From an uncultured Chloroflexia bacterium (GTDB taxonomy: Bacteria; Chloroflexota; Limnocylindria; Limnocylindrales; CSP1-4): a stretch of 64,000 nucleotides of DNA. Location of the stretch: assembly GCA_963748625.1 (NCBI GenBank), contig CAVVJT010000010.1, forward strand, positions 1,120,001 through 1,184,000. Reading direction: 5' to 3'. Both the position numbers and the translations under genes were made by a program. The notes beneath the pieces were generated by a model. The model saw nothing but the letters and a program-made list of their open reading frames with translations. It was not told where the DNA came from and did no database searches. Each line of letters opens with the position of its first letter. The first letter of the stretch is position 1. Shown one piece after another: positions 27,780-37,009 of this stretch.

Positions 27780-29618
27780 CTACGCTCCTCCTGCCACGCC
27801 GGCGGTTCCGGCGAGTTGCGCGTCACGGTACGACTCCTTGTAGAGCCGGCCGTCGCTCGAGATCTCCTGGAGCTCGAACCGCTCCATGGTGATGGCATCG
27901 AAGGGGCACCGCTTCACGCAGAGCGCACAGCGGATGCACCGCTCTTCGTCGAGGACCATGGCTGCGCCGTTGGCCCAGCCGTATGCCTCCTCGACCTCGG
28001 GCAGCAGCCCCTCGGTCTTGAGCTGGTTCACGTCCACCATGTGGATGACCCCCTCCGGGCACACGTCGGCACACGCGCCGCACAGCACGCACCGGAACGG
28101 GTCGAACCAGATGTTGTAGTTGCACATGAGGCAGCGGGTGCTCTCGGCCACCGCCGCCGTCGTGTCGTATCCCAGTTCCACAGGGGTGTTGAAGTTGAGG
28201 ACGACGTCCTCGCGGCCACCGGGCATCCGCTGGGAGACCGGGATCACCGGGATGTGCTGGCGGGGCAGCACGTCGTACAGCTCCGGCATCTCGTGCCGCC
28301 AGGAGCTCGTGATCTTCACGTTGGGCGTGACCGTGACGTCGGTGCGCCCCGCGAGGTAGCGGTCGATCGCGTAGGCGGCCTTCTTGCCGTGGCCTGCCGA
28401 CTCGATCATGGTGGTGGGGCCGGTCACGAAGTCGCCGCAGGCGAAGACGCCGCGGATGTTGGTCGCGTACGTCGCCGGGTCAACCTTGAGGCGCCCGCGG
28501 CCGACCTCGAAGTTGGCCTCCACCGGCAGGAACGAGAGGTCCGCGGCCTGGGAGACGGCGGGGATGATCGTCTCGCAGGGGACCGTGTACTCGGATCCCG
28601 GGATCGGCACGGGCGAACGGCGGCCGGACGCATCGGGCTCGCCGAGCTTGTTGCGGATGAACGTGATGGCGACGAGCTTGCCGTCCTCGCCGATCAGCTC
28701 CACCGGGCTCACCAGGAAGTCCATGCGGACGCCCTCGAGCTCGGTCTCGCCCAGCTCCTCCTCGTCCACGACCAGCTCCGACCTGGTGCGCCGGTAGGCG
28801 ATCGAGACGTTCTTCGCGCCGAAGCGCAGGCTCGTCCGGGCGCAGTCCATGGCGGTGTAGCCGCCACCGATGACGACCACGTTCTCCCCGACCGTCATCT
28901 CCTGGCCGAGGTTGGCGCGCTTCATGAAGTCCACGCCGTACTGCACGCCTTCGAGGTCAGCGCCCGGGACGTCCAGGTACACCGGGTTCATGGCACCGGC
29001 CGTGATGGCGATGGCGTCGTAGTCCCGCTGGAGGTCCTCGAAGGGGACATCGATGCCGATGGTGGTGTCGTAGACGAACGTCACGCCCAGGCGCTCTACC
29101 AGGCGCACGTCCATCTCGATGGCGGCGCGCGGGAGGCGGAAGGCGGGAACGCCCATGAGGAGGGTGCCGCCACCGAAGGGCAGGCTGTCGAACACCGTGA
29201 CCTGGTAGCCGCGGGTGGCGAGCTCGCGGGCGACAGCCAGGCCGGCCGGGCCTGCGCCGATCACGGCGACACGCTCGTCGCGCGGGGTGATGGCCGGCAT
29301 CGCGTCCGGGATGCCCGACGCCTCGTGCCACTCCACGAGGAACCGCTTCATGGCGCGGATGGCCAGGGGCCGGTCGATGTCGCCCCGCCGGCACGCGCGC
29401 TCGCACGGCGCCGAGCACACGTAGGCGCACATCGCCGCGACCGGATTGGGCTCGCGCGCGAGGATGTAGCCCTCCTCGAAGCGGCCTTCCGCTGCGAGGT
29501 TGAGGTAGCCCCGGCAGTTGGTGCCGACGGGACAGGCCTCCTGGCACTCGATGTTGCACTGGAGCCAGGACGCGTCCACGGGCTGGACGAGGAACTCCTG
29601 GGTGTGATCGAGGGTCAC
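27780..29618 (-). CDS. GltD/NfnB-like FAD- and NAD(P)H-binding oxidoreductase with C-terminal 2[4Fe-4S] ferredoxin domain
   Basis: CQEACP, CAYVCSAPCERACRR, GAGPAG, GGGYTAMD, RCLMC, CVLCGACADVCP and CIRCALCVKRCP. Confidence 0.92.
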   Translation of the reverse strand: MTLDHTQEFLVQPVDASWLQCNIECQEACPVGTNCRGYLNLAAEGRFEEGYILAREPNPVAAMCAYVCSAPCERACRRGDIDRPLAIRAMKRFLVEWHEASGIPDAMPAITPRDERVAVIGAGPAGLAVARELATRGYQVTVFDSLPFGGGTLLMGVPAFRLPRAAIEMDVRLVERLGVTFVYDTTIGIDVPFEDLQRDYDAIAITAGAMNPVYLDVPGADLEGVQYGVDFMKRANLGQEMTVGENVVVIGGGYTAMDCARTSLRFGAKNVSIAYRRTRSELVVDEEELGETELEGVRMDFLVSPVELIGEDGKLVAITFIRNKLGEPDASGRRSPVPIPGSEYTVPCETIIPAVSQAADLSFLPVEANFEVGRGRLKVDPATYATNIRGVFACGDFVTGPTTMIESAGHGKKAAYAIDRYLAGRTDVTVTPNVKITSSWRHEMPELYDVLPRQHIPVIPVSQRMPGGREDVVLNFNTPVELGYDTTAAVAESTRCLMCNYNIWFDPFRCVLCGACADVCPEGVIHMVDVNQLKTEGLLPEVEEAYGWANGAAMVLDEERCIRCALCVKRCPFDAITMERFELQEISSDGRLYKESYRDAQLAGTAGVAGGA

Positions 29619-30005
29619 GAAGCGGACGCGCCTCTTCTGCGTGCGGTGGGCTGGGCGACGGAAACCACGACGGGGTGCTCCGCCGACCGGGGGAGATTAC
29701 CAAGCCGAAGGCGGACCTGCATAGCGAATGAGGGCCATTTCGACCCCGAAACCATGCCGGAGGTCGCCGTGGTCCCGGGCCGCGGGACGACGTGCGCGGC
29801 CCAGCAGGGTCCCGCACGAGGAGCACGCGCGGCCGGACAGCCGGACCCGCGGACGGACAGCCCGCCGGCCGTTCCCGTCCCGGCGCGACCCGGGCACTCG
29901 ACACCGTGTGCGCGGCCCGGGTTGACGACCGGGTTGACGCCCGGGGTGGGCGCAGCTACGCTGGCCCGGTCACCGGCCCCGCAGGAGGGCCGTCTCAGGA
30001 GCAGC

Positions 30006-31784
30006 GTGAACCCGTCCGAGACCGCCTTCCTGGTCCTCGGCCTCGTCATTGGCACGGCGATCGGCGTCGCACTCTGGCTGGCCGCGCGCACGTGGCCCGC
30101 CCCCCGGCGGGAGGTGCGGCTGACGATCGCTCCGCACGCGATCCCCGTTCGCAGGGCCACCACGCTGGCCACGCCGGACGGTCGACGCGACCAGGGACCG
30201 CTCCCCGGCTCCCCTGACGGCGACGCCCTCGCGCACGACCCTCGCGCCGCGCTCGCGGTCCCGGCGGCACGGCCCACGATGGTTCCCGCGTCGGCGCAGG
30301 CGATGCTTCCGGTGGTTCGAACGCCTGTTCCCAATGCCCTCACGGGAATCCCCCTCAACGCGGTGGCCGTCCCGATCGTGGCCGATGAGGTGGACCGCAT
30401 CCCAGCCGCCTCACCGATCCGGACAGGTTCGATGGCGGCGTCCAGCTCGATCGCGGCGTCCATCGTCCGCACGGCGGGGGCGGTCGCGGTCCTCGAGCAT
30501 CCGCGGACACCCCTCGCGACCCCGGGAACGAGGCCGATGGCCACCGAGCGGTCGGGCGACAGGCCTGCCGCCTCGCCCGGGACCCACGGCACACCCGCAC
30601 TGCCGGACCCGGCCGCGGTCGCCATCACGGCCGCCGGACCACTGGCTGGTGCGTGCACCGACGAGCGGCGCATGGCGGAGGAGCGGTGCGCCCTCGCCGA
30701 CGCTGCGCGGGAGGAGTCCCGACGGGTCACCGAGACCTTGCGCACGGCCCAGCGCTCCTACGACGCCCTACGTGAGCGGGTGGAGCGTGCGCAGGATGTC
30801 GGCGATCCCCGCCGCGTTGCTGACGCGAAGAGCCGCCTCCATGCGGACTTCCGGACCGCGAACGAGGCGGCCAAGGGTGCCGACGAGGCTGAGACGGCCG
30901 CCCGCGAGTGGCTCGATGCGATCAACCGCCTGAACACGGCCGTGCGTGACGCTGCCCGCCTGGCCGACGTCGGCGGCGCCGAGCTGCGCGCCCAGCTGCC
31001 CACCATCGAGCGGCTCGGGCTCGAGGCCGAGGCCGCCCGGATCGCGGCCGACAACGCTGCCGAGGGCTGCCTTGCGGCGCGCGAGCGCCTGGCCGCCTGC
31101 GAGGAGGACGCCACGCGCGCCGCCGCCGCCGCGGTCATCCCCGCTGAGCCAGACGAGGAGCACCCGTTCGCCGGGGTGTGGCCCGCCGAAGAGCCCGGCT
31201 TCGCTTCGCCACCCGCGCCGCTGGAGCCCGACGGCACCGGCGTCTCCGCGATCATTCGCGTGCTGCGCGGTGACCGCGATGCCCGTGAGCAGATCGTCGC
31301 CGCGCTTGCCGGGCCCGACCCCGACGCCCAGCGCGAGTGGCACCTGCGCCTCGCGCACCTCGTGGACGCGATCACGGCCCGGTCCATCGAGGACGGCTAT
31401 CTCGACCTGCCGGCGGACGACCACTTCTGGAACATGTTCGACGTCCGCGAGGCGCGCGACATCGTGGGCGCGCTCTCAGCCCTGGGCTTCCGCTATGACG
31501 GCATGGGCGGGTTCGCCGATGGGCGCGTGCCCGCGCTGCGCGACCTCTCGCTGGCCGTCGGGTACGCCGGCCTCGACCGCATGCGCATCCGCTCGTGGCC
31601 CCGTGAGGACGATATGGCCCGCCTGTACGCGAACGCGACCGTCGCCTGCGACGAGTGGCTCGCGACCCTTGCCGGCGACCTGTCCCTCGGCCGGATGGTG
31701 GACGCGCTCGGCGCCCGGGCGGCGGCGCTGGCGGACGTCTGGAATGCGTGGGGGCGCGTGCGGCCGGTGCTGCTGGCGGGCTAG
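30006..31784 (+). CDS. Hypothetical membrane-anchored protein with Ala/Pro-rich linker and coiled coil
   Basis: AGGAG RBS and GTG; N-terminal TM helix; helical mid-region; globular-looking C-terminus. Confidence 0.7.
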   Translation: MNPSETAFLVLGLVIGTAIGVALWLAARTWPAPRREVRLTIAPHAIPVRRATTLATPDGRRDQGPLPGSPDGDALAHDPRAALAVPAARPTMVPASAQAMLPVVRTPVPNALTGIPLNAVAVPIVADEVDRIPAASPIRTGSMAASSSIAASIVRTAGAVAVLEHPRTPLATPGTRPMATERSGDRPAASPGTHGTPALPDPAAVAITAAGPLAGACTDERRMAEERCALADAAREESRRVTETLRTAQRSYDALRERVERAQDVGDPRRVADAKSRLHADFRTANEAAKGADEAETAAREWLDAINRLNTAVRDAARLADVGGAELRAQLPTIERLGLEAEAARIAADNAAEGCLAARERLAACEEDATRAAAAAVIPAEPDEEHPFAGVWPAEEPGFASPPAPLEPDGTGVSAIIRVLRGDRDAREQIVAALAGPDPDAQREWHLRLAHLVDAITARSIEDGYLDLPADDHFWNMFDVREARDIVGALSALGFRYDGMGGFADGRVPALRDLSLAVGYAGLDRMRIRSWPREDDMARLYANATVACDEWLATLAGDLSLGRMVDALGARAAALADVWNAWGRVRPVLLAG

Positions 31785-32157
31785 TGTCTCGGACCGGCGA
31801 TGCCCGGGGGGGACCTCTCCGTGCTCGGCGTCTCCCACGGCGGCTGCTGCCGTGCGCACCCGGCGCACACACGGAGCGGTGACGTCGCTTGTTGTGCGCC
31901 CGGTGCGCCGCCCGTGCGCTCCGGCAGGGTCCCGACGGCGCGACCTGCGCACCAGCCGCGCATCGAGCGCTCCGATTGCACCGTGTGGCTGTCCGGCGCG
32001 CAGCCGGAGGGGGCAGGAGCCGGACGGCGCCAGGATGGGCGACAGGTCCCGGAACGGTGGTCCGCAGGGCCGCCGGCGAGGAGCAAGGCGGGACTCCAGG
32101 GCCAGGCGCCCGCCGGCCCCGCAGGACGCCGGCCATCCGCCATCGGACGCCCAGTGC

Positions 32158-32958
32158 TCAGGCCGGGTCGCCGCCTTCCGTCTGGGGCGGGGTCACGTGC
32201 GTGGGGCCCTCGTCCTCGGCGGCATCCTCCTCGATGACGATCACGCGGAACGCCTCGCCCGCGTCGGTCGCGATCGCCTCCCCCTCCTCGCGCGCCCACT
32301 CCCGGATGCGCAGCTCGAGCCGCTCGGGGTGACGGATCTGGCTCGCGTGCTCGCGGAGCGCGGCGAGCTTGCGATCCACGGTGGCACTCACGTCAACCCA
32401 TGCCGACGGATGGTTCGACCAGAACAGGTAGATCCGCCGGACGACCCACGGCTCCAGGCCGTCGCGCGCGAGCCACGGGAAGGACTGCGCGTTGCGGGCC
32501 GCCGGGTAGACCGCGTCGACTGCCGCCATCCCCGCGGCCCGGTGGTCGGTGTGGTTGACCCCGCCATCACCGTAGAAGAGCGTCTCCGGGTCCACCGTGA
32601 GAACGGCATCGGGCTTGAAGGTCCGGATCTCGCGCACCAGGTGCTCGCGGAGGGCGAGGTCGTTGGCGAGGGCGCCGTCGGGCTGGTGGAGGAACGCGAC
32701 CCCCGAGTAGCCGATGACCCTCGCCGCCGCCGTCTGCTCCGCCTCCCGGGTGGCGGCGAGCTCGAGCGGGTCGGCGCGCCAGTCGTCCGAGCCGGCATCC
32801 CCGCTGGTACAGCACACGAGACGTCCCACGGACCCCTCGTCGATCCACGACGCGGCGGTCGCCGCCGGCCCGAAGTCGGCATCGTCGGGGTGGGCGACGA
32901 TCACCATGAACCGCTGCGGGCGCCACGCGTGCGGGCTGGTCGGAGCGGCGTCCGCCAT
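32158..32958 (-). CDS. PIG-L family deacetylase
   Basis: AHPDD, TSGDAG, RE.EQ.AA and NHTDH motifs; AAGGAGG RBS. Confidence 0.92.
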   Translation of the reverse strand: MADAAPTSPHAWRPQRFMVIVAHPDDADFGPAATAASWIDEGSVGRLVCCTSGDAGSDDWRADPLELAATREAEQTAAARVIGYSGVAFLHQPDGALANDLALREHLVREIRTFKPDAVLTVDPETLFYGDGGVNHTDHRAAGMAAVDAVYPAARNAQSFPWLARDGLEPWVVRRIYLFWSNHPSAWVDVSATVDRKLAALREHASQIRHPERLELRIREWAREEGEAIATDAGEAFRVIVIEEDAAEDEGPTHVTPPQTEGGDPA

Positions 32959-33053
32959 GCGGATGGACCTCCTTGGCGATGACCGGGCCGGTGCGCCAGG
33001 TTCATGCATTTCGACGATGTCAGCCGTTGTCGGCGAGTGCTACATTCTGCGCC

Positions 33054-33088
33054 GAGGCTTCGCTCGTATCCCCCCACGGGCGAAGCCT
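33054..33088. terminator. Hairpin downstream of bcp
   Basis: GAGGCTTCGC...GCGAAGCCTC stem; no U-tract. Confidence 0.45.
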
Positions 33089-33122
33089 CACTCCATGTCC
33101 GGGACCCATCCGGACGGCGATG

Positions 33123-33599
33123 TCAGGCCCCCCGGGCCGCCCGCAGCGCGGCCAGGACCTGGTCGGCGTGACCCTCCGCTCGCACCTTCGGCCAGGCCTT
33201 GGCGATGCGCCCATCCGGCCCCACGAGGAAGCTTGAGCGGATGATGCCCATGTAGGTGCGGCCATAGTTCTGCTTCTCGCCCCAGGCACCGTAGGCCTCG
33301 GCGACCGCGTGGTCCTCGTCGGAGAGGAGCGTGAACGGGAGGCCGAACTTGGCGCGGAAGGCGGCGTGGCTCCCGGCCCCGTCGGGGCTGACGCCCCAGA
33401 CCTGCGCATCGAGGTCCCCAAGCTCGCCGTGGAGATCCCGGAACCCGCAGGCCTCGGTGGTGCACCCGGGCGTGTCGTCCTTGGGGTAGAAGTAGACGAC
33501 GGTCCATGCGCCCTGGCGTGCGCTCAGACGGTGGACGGTGCCCTGATCGTCGGGAAGCGCGACCTCGGGGGCCAGGTCGCCGGCCTGCGGCATGCTCAT
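33123..33599 (-). CDS. bcp: Thioredoxin-dependent peroxiredoxin BCP
   Basis: YFYPKDDTPGCTTEAC, GVSPD and F.LLSD motifs. Confidence 0.95.
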   Translation of the reverse strand: MSMPQAGDLAPEVALPDDQGTVHRLSARQGAWTVVYFYPKDDTPGCTTEACGFRDLHGELGDLDAQVWGVSPDGAGSHAAFRAKFGLPFTLLSDEDHAVAEAYGAWGEKQNYGRTYMGIIRSSFLVGPDGRIAKAWPKVRAEGHADQVLAALRAARGA

Positions 33600-34360
33600 G
33601 GCCGCGAGGATAGCGGCGCGGGCGCCGGGGCGGGTTCGGCGTGTCCCCAGGCGCTCTCGACGAGCAGGAGCCTGCCGCTGCCGACCGTCACGGCCGCGTC
33701 CGGCGCCGTGCGCACGTTCGACAGGCCACGGGCGGGACCGGTGCGCAGCGGCTCCTGGGCCAGCGGGTAGCGCAGGCCGCTCGTGGTGATGCCCTCCGCA
33801 TCCCCACCGAGGGGGAGGAGCGACACCAGCGCCCCAACCGGACCGGGCAGCGGTCGAGTCACGGGTCGTCCGCTGGGACCGGGGGCGGTCACCAGGGAGA
33901 CCCGTGTGCGCGCGTCGAGGAGGCACACCGCAACGGCACCGAGGCCCGGGTGGGCGAGGAGCCACACGTTGGCAAGTGCATGGTCGAGGCGTGGTCCACC
34001 GAGCGCACCGACGACGGTCACCCGGGTTGCGCCCCGGCGGACCGCCTCGAGGAGGGCCAGCTCCGTGTCCGATTCGTCCTTGTCGACGCTGGAGCGCAGG
34101 ATCGGGACGCCCGCCGCCCGGACGGCGGCCACGGTCCCGGCGTCGAGCGAGTCCAGGTCACCGAGCAGGAGCGCGGGTCTGAAGTCGAGCGCCCGCGCCC
34201 GCAGCCAGCCTCCATCCGCGGCGATCACGAACGCCGCGTCATCGTCCCAGCCGGGCCACGCGGCATCGAGCGCGGCCCTGGGTGGCACATCGCCGTCGGC
34301 GACCACGATGACGTGCCGACCCTCCTGCTCGGGGAGTCGGCTTGCGTGTCCGGTGTCCAT
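33596..34360 (-). CDS. thiN: Thiamine diphosphokinase
   Basis: IAADGG, GDLDS, DKDESDTELAL, GG.RLDHALAN, GLRYPL and GLSN motifs. Confidence 0.93.
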   Translation of the reverse strand: MDTGHASRLPEQEGRHVIVVADGDVPPRAALDAAWPGWDDDAAFVIAADGGWLRARALDFRPALLLGDLDSLDAGTVAAVRAAGVPILRSSVDKDESDTELALLEAVRRGATRVTVVGALGGPRLDHALANVWLLAHPGLGAVAVCLLDARTRVSLVTAPGPSGRPVTRPLPGPVGALVSLLPLGGDAEGITTSGLRYPLAQEPLRTGPARGLSNVRTAPDAAVTVGSGRLLLVESAWGHAEPAPAPAPLSSRP

Positions 34361-34418
34361 CGGTCCAAGCCTACTCGCCGGCGGCTTCGGGCGAGCGGGT
34401 TCGTGTATGCTCGCGGGC

Positions 34419-34979
34419 GTGCCGGATTCCCCGTTTCCTCCTGCCGTCCAGCGGGTCGTTGACGCTGCCGCCCGCAAGGGCGTGACGCTCGACATCCTCC
34501 TGTCCGACGAGTCCGCGCACACGGCGGAGCAGGCAGCGGCGGCCGTCGGCGTGGAGCTCGGCCAGATCGTCAAGTCGCTGGTCTTCGTCGCTCCGGGCGA
34601 GCATGGCCTCGAACCGGTCCTCTGCCTCGTCTCCGGGCCCAACCGGGTGGACATGGCCCGCCTCGCCGCGGTGCTCGGCGAACCCGACGTCCGGCGCGCC
34701 ACCGCCAACGAGGCACGGGAGCTCACCGGGTTCTCGATCGGCGGCATCCCGCCCATCGGTCACGGGCGGGCCATCCGCGTGATCATGGATCCCGACCTCG
34801 GGCGATTCCAGGTGGTGTGGGCGGCTGCCGGCACGCCGACCGCGGTGTTCCCGGTCGCGCCGGGCACGCTGCGCATGCTGGCCAACGCCAACGTCGCCCC
34901 GGTCTGCGAGGAGCGCGACCGGCCGGTGCCCGACCTCCCTGGCTACATGGCCGCGCCGCAGCCCAATGGTGGCGCCTGA
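34419..34979 (+). CDS. YbaK/EbsC family aminoacyl-tRNA deacylase
   Basis: TAEQAA, QIVKSLVF, TGFSIGGIPPIGH and WAAAG motifs. Confidence 0.92.
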   Translation: MPDSPFPPAVQRVVDAAARKGVTLDILLSDESAHTAEQAAAAVGVELGQIVKSLVFVAPGEHGLEPVLCLVSGPNRVDMARLAAVLGEPDVRRATANEARELTGFSIGGIPPIGHGRAIRVIMDPDLGRFQVVWAAAGTPTAVFPVAPGTLRMLANANVAPVCEERDRPVPDLPGYMAAPQPNGGA

Positions 34980-35010
34980 CGCCGCCTGCCGACCACGGAG
35001 CCTCCATCCG

Positions 35011-35580
35011 ATGACGATCGAACCGCGGCACGCGGTCATCACGTTCCCCGGCGGCCTCCGCGCCGCCGTTCGGTGGACAGGTTCAGGCCAGGCACCGGCG
35101 TTGTTCGCCCTCACCGAGGCCGGCGGCCCGCTCACCGACCTGGGCGAGCTCACCGGTGCGGAGCCCGACCGCCGCTGCCGGGCCGAGCTGCGGGTCGACA
35201 CGCCGGCCGGGCCTTGGACGGTGCGCCTCGCATCGCTGGTGAACGACGAGCCCGCAGCCCTGGCCTGGGACACCGAAGCCCTGCTGGTGGTCAAGTACGG
35301 GTTCCACGTCTACGCCTTCGAGGCACGCACGGGCGTGCTGCGCTGGAGCCACCGGTCGGCCACCCCGGTCCTGGTGCTCCTCGGGTCGTCGCGCCTGCCC
35401 CACGTGCTTGCCCAGGCTGAGATCGAGACGTTCGCCCTCCGCGGGGACGGCGAGGTTGCATGGCGGGTCGCCCACTCCGACGTCGTCACAGCGGCGGAGC
35501 TGGTGGGCGGCAGCCTCGTGCTGACGAGCTTCAGCGGCCAGGTGCAAGCGCTCGACCCGCTGACGGGACGGGGCAGCTGA
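35011..35580 (+). CDS. Hypothetical protein with PQQ-like beta-propeller repeats
   Basis: YAFEARTGVLRW, GEVAW and ALDPLTG repeats. Confidence 0.6.
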   Translation: MTIEPRHAVITFPGGLRAAVRWTGSGQAPALFALTEAGGPLTDLGELTGAEPDRRCRAELRVDTPAGPWTVRLASLVNDEPAALAWDTEALLVVKYGFHVYAFEARTGVLRWSHRSATPVLVLLGSSRLPHVLAQAEIETFALRGDGEVAWRVAHSDVVTAAELVGGSLVLTSFSGQVQALDPLTGRGS

Positions 35581-35590
35581 AGCCACGACG

Positions 35591-35699
35591 TTGTCCACCG
35601 CGCACGGCGACCCGAGTGCGCTTGCGCTTGCGCTGGGGGCCGAGCCTGTGGAACGACGGTGGATAAGTCACCCGGGCCGCCGCCGCAATAGGTGGACAA
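35591..35699. promoter_or_regulatory. Cluster of DnaA-box-like 9-mers
   Basis: TTGTCCACC (35591), TGTGGAACG (35647), GGTGGATAA (35658), GGTGGACAA (35691). Confidence 0.45.
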
Positions 35700-35890
35700 C
35701 CCGATTGACCCGACGCCGGCCGCACCCGTAGCGTGGAACGCGGTCCGAAGGGGCTGAGCGATGCTAACGGCCGCGATGACATCAAGGTCCACGCGTCGAG
35801 TAGGTTCCTTCGGATCATTGATTCCCGGCGCACGACGCCTTGACCAGCCGGTGCCCCTGTCCCGCGGACGGCATGTGCAATGATCGCGCC

Positions 35891-36607
35891 GTGATCCCCA
35901 TCGTCCTCGCCCTGATCGGCATCGGCGCGCTCGGCGCCGGCTGGCTGGTCATGCGCAGCCTCGGCCCGCGTGCCCGGATCGGCCGCATCATCGCGAGCAC
36001 CCCGGTGGTGCCGGTGGACCGCGCGGTGGCGATCGCCCGCTCCGGGAAGCCGCGGTACGTGGCCGTCGGCGGGCGCGTGGACGCCGAGGAGGAGTTTCTC
36101 GACGAGAACGAGCGGCCGCTCGTCTACCGCCGCACCAGGCTGGAGCTCAGGACCGGCAAGGACTGGGAAGCGGTTGAGGATGTCCGGGAGGCGCTGCCGT
36201 TCGAGATCGCGGGTGGCGTGGAGCGGATCGCGGTGGACCAGGACGACCTGCGCGAGGGTGTCGTCGTGGTCGTGCGCGAGTCCGTCGGCACCGCGGACGA
36301 GATCCCTGACCGGCTGCCGGCCGGCACGGATCCGGTGACACCGGTACGGCTCCAGGTGGAGCACGTGAGCACCATCGATCACGCCATGGTCCTGGGCGTT
36401 CCCACCGTGGACCCGGCGCGCGGGCCGATCATGCGCGCGGGCTACGGGCGCCCGCTCATCCTGAGCACGCTGGAGCCGGCCGAGGCGATGCGACTGCTGG
36501 CGCTTGGACGACGAGGCTCGACCCGGGCTGCGAGCCTGCTCCTCGGAACGGGTGCGGCGGTCCTGGTGACCGCTGCCGCCTGGGCGCTGGTCGATGCGAT
36601 CTCGTAG
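35891..36607 (+). CDS. Hypothetical membrane protein
   Basis: TM helices at both termini around a soluble domain; GC-biased codon usage. Confidence 0.7.
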   Translation: MIPIVLALIGIGALGAGWLVMRSLGPRARIGRIIASTPVVPVDRAVAIARSGKPRYVAVGGRVDAEEEFLDENERPLVYRRTRLELRTGKDWEAVEDVREALPFEIAGGVERIAVDQDDLREGVVVVVRESVGTADEIPDRLPAGTDPVTPVRLQVEHVSTIDHAMVLGVPTVDPARGPIMRAGYGRPLILSTLEPAEAMRLLALGRRGSTRAASLLLGTGAAVLVTAAAWALVDAIS

Positions 36608-36611
36608 GCCG

Positions 36612-36893
36612 ATGCGGGATCGCCAGACCCGGAAGAGCGTGCGCGCCGCGGGCATGCTTCCGGTGGCACTGGCATGGGCGCTGGCCGCAGCGACAGCGCT
36701 GGCCGCGTCACCGGCCCCGTCAAGCGGTGCGGGCGCCGACCCGCGCTCGAGTGGCCAGGGACCTGGCCTCGTGGGCGATCCGATGCTGGCCATCCTGGTG
36801 GTGGCCGCGATCGGCGTGCTGAGCCTGGTCGCGACGCTGGCGTACGTGCGAGCCACCGGCGGGTCCCGGGGAGCGGGCGGCACGCGTCGGTGA
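36612..36893 (+). CDS. Small hypothetical membrane protein
   Basis: Signal-like N-terminus, DPRSSGQGPGLVG linker, C-terminal TM helix; 4 bp after upstream stop. Confidence 0.6.
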   Translation: MRDRQTRKSVRAAGMLPVALAWALAAATALAASPAPSSGAGADPRSSGQGPGLVGDPMLAILVVAAIGVLSLVATLAYVRATGGSRGAGGTRR

Positions 36894-37009
36894 GGCGCCG
36901 GCTCGGCGCCGGGGCGGGCCCTACCCGAGACGGGGCTACCCGAGACCGGTGTGGACGATCGTCCTATTGTCAATTGCTGTAAAGCAAGCGAAAGTCTTGG
37001 CGAGCGCTG

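Noticed and set aside
29917-29939. CCGGGTTGACG direct repeat as an operator
   Set aside because: Two copies only; equally explained by a -35 box duplicated by local slippage
27816-30005. 1322-aa plus-strand ORF
   Set aside because: Its first 730 codons are antisense to the oxidoreductase or intergenic; the credible gene starts at GTG 30006 after an RBS
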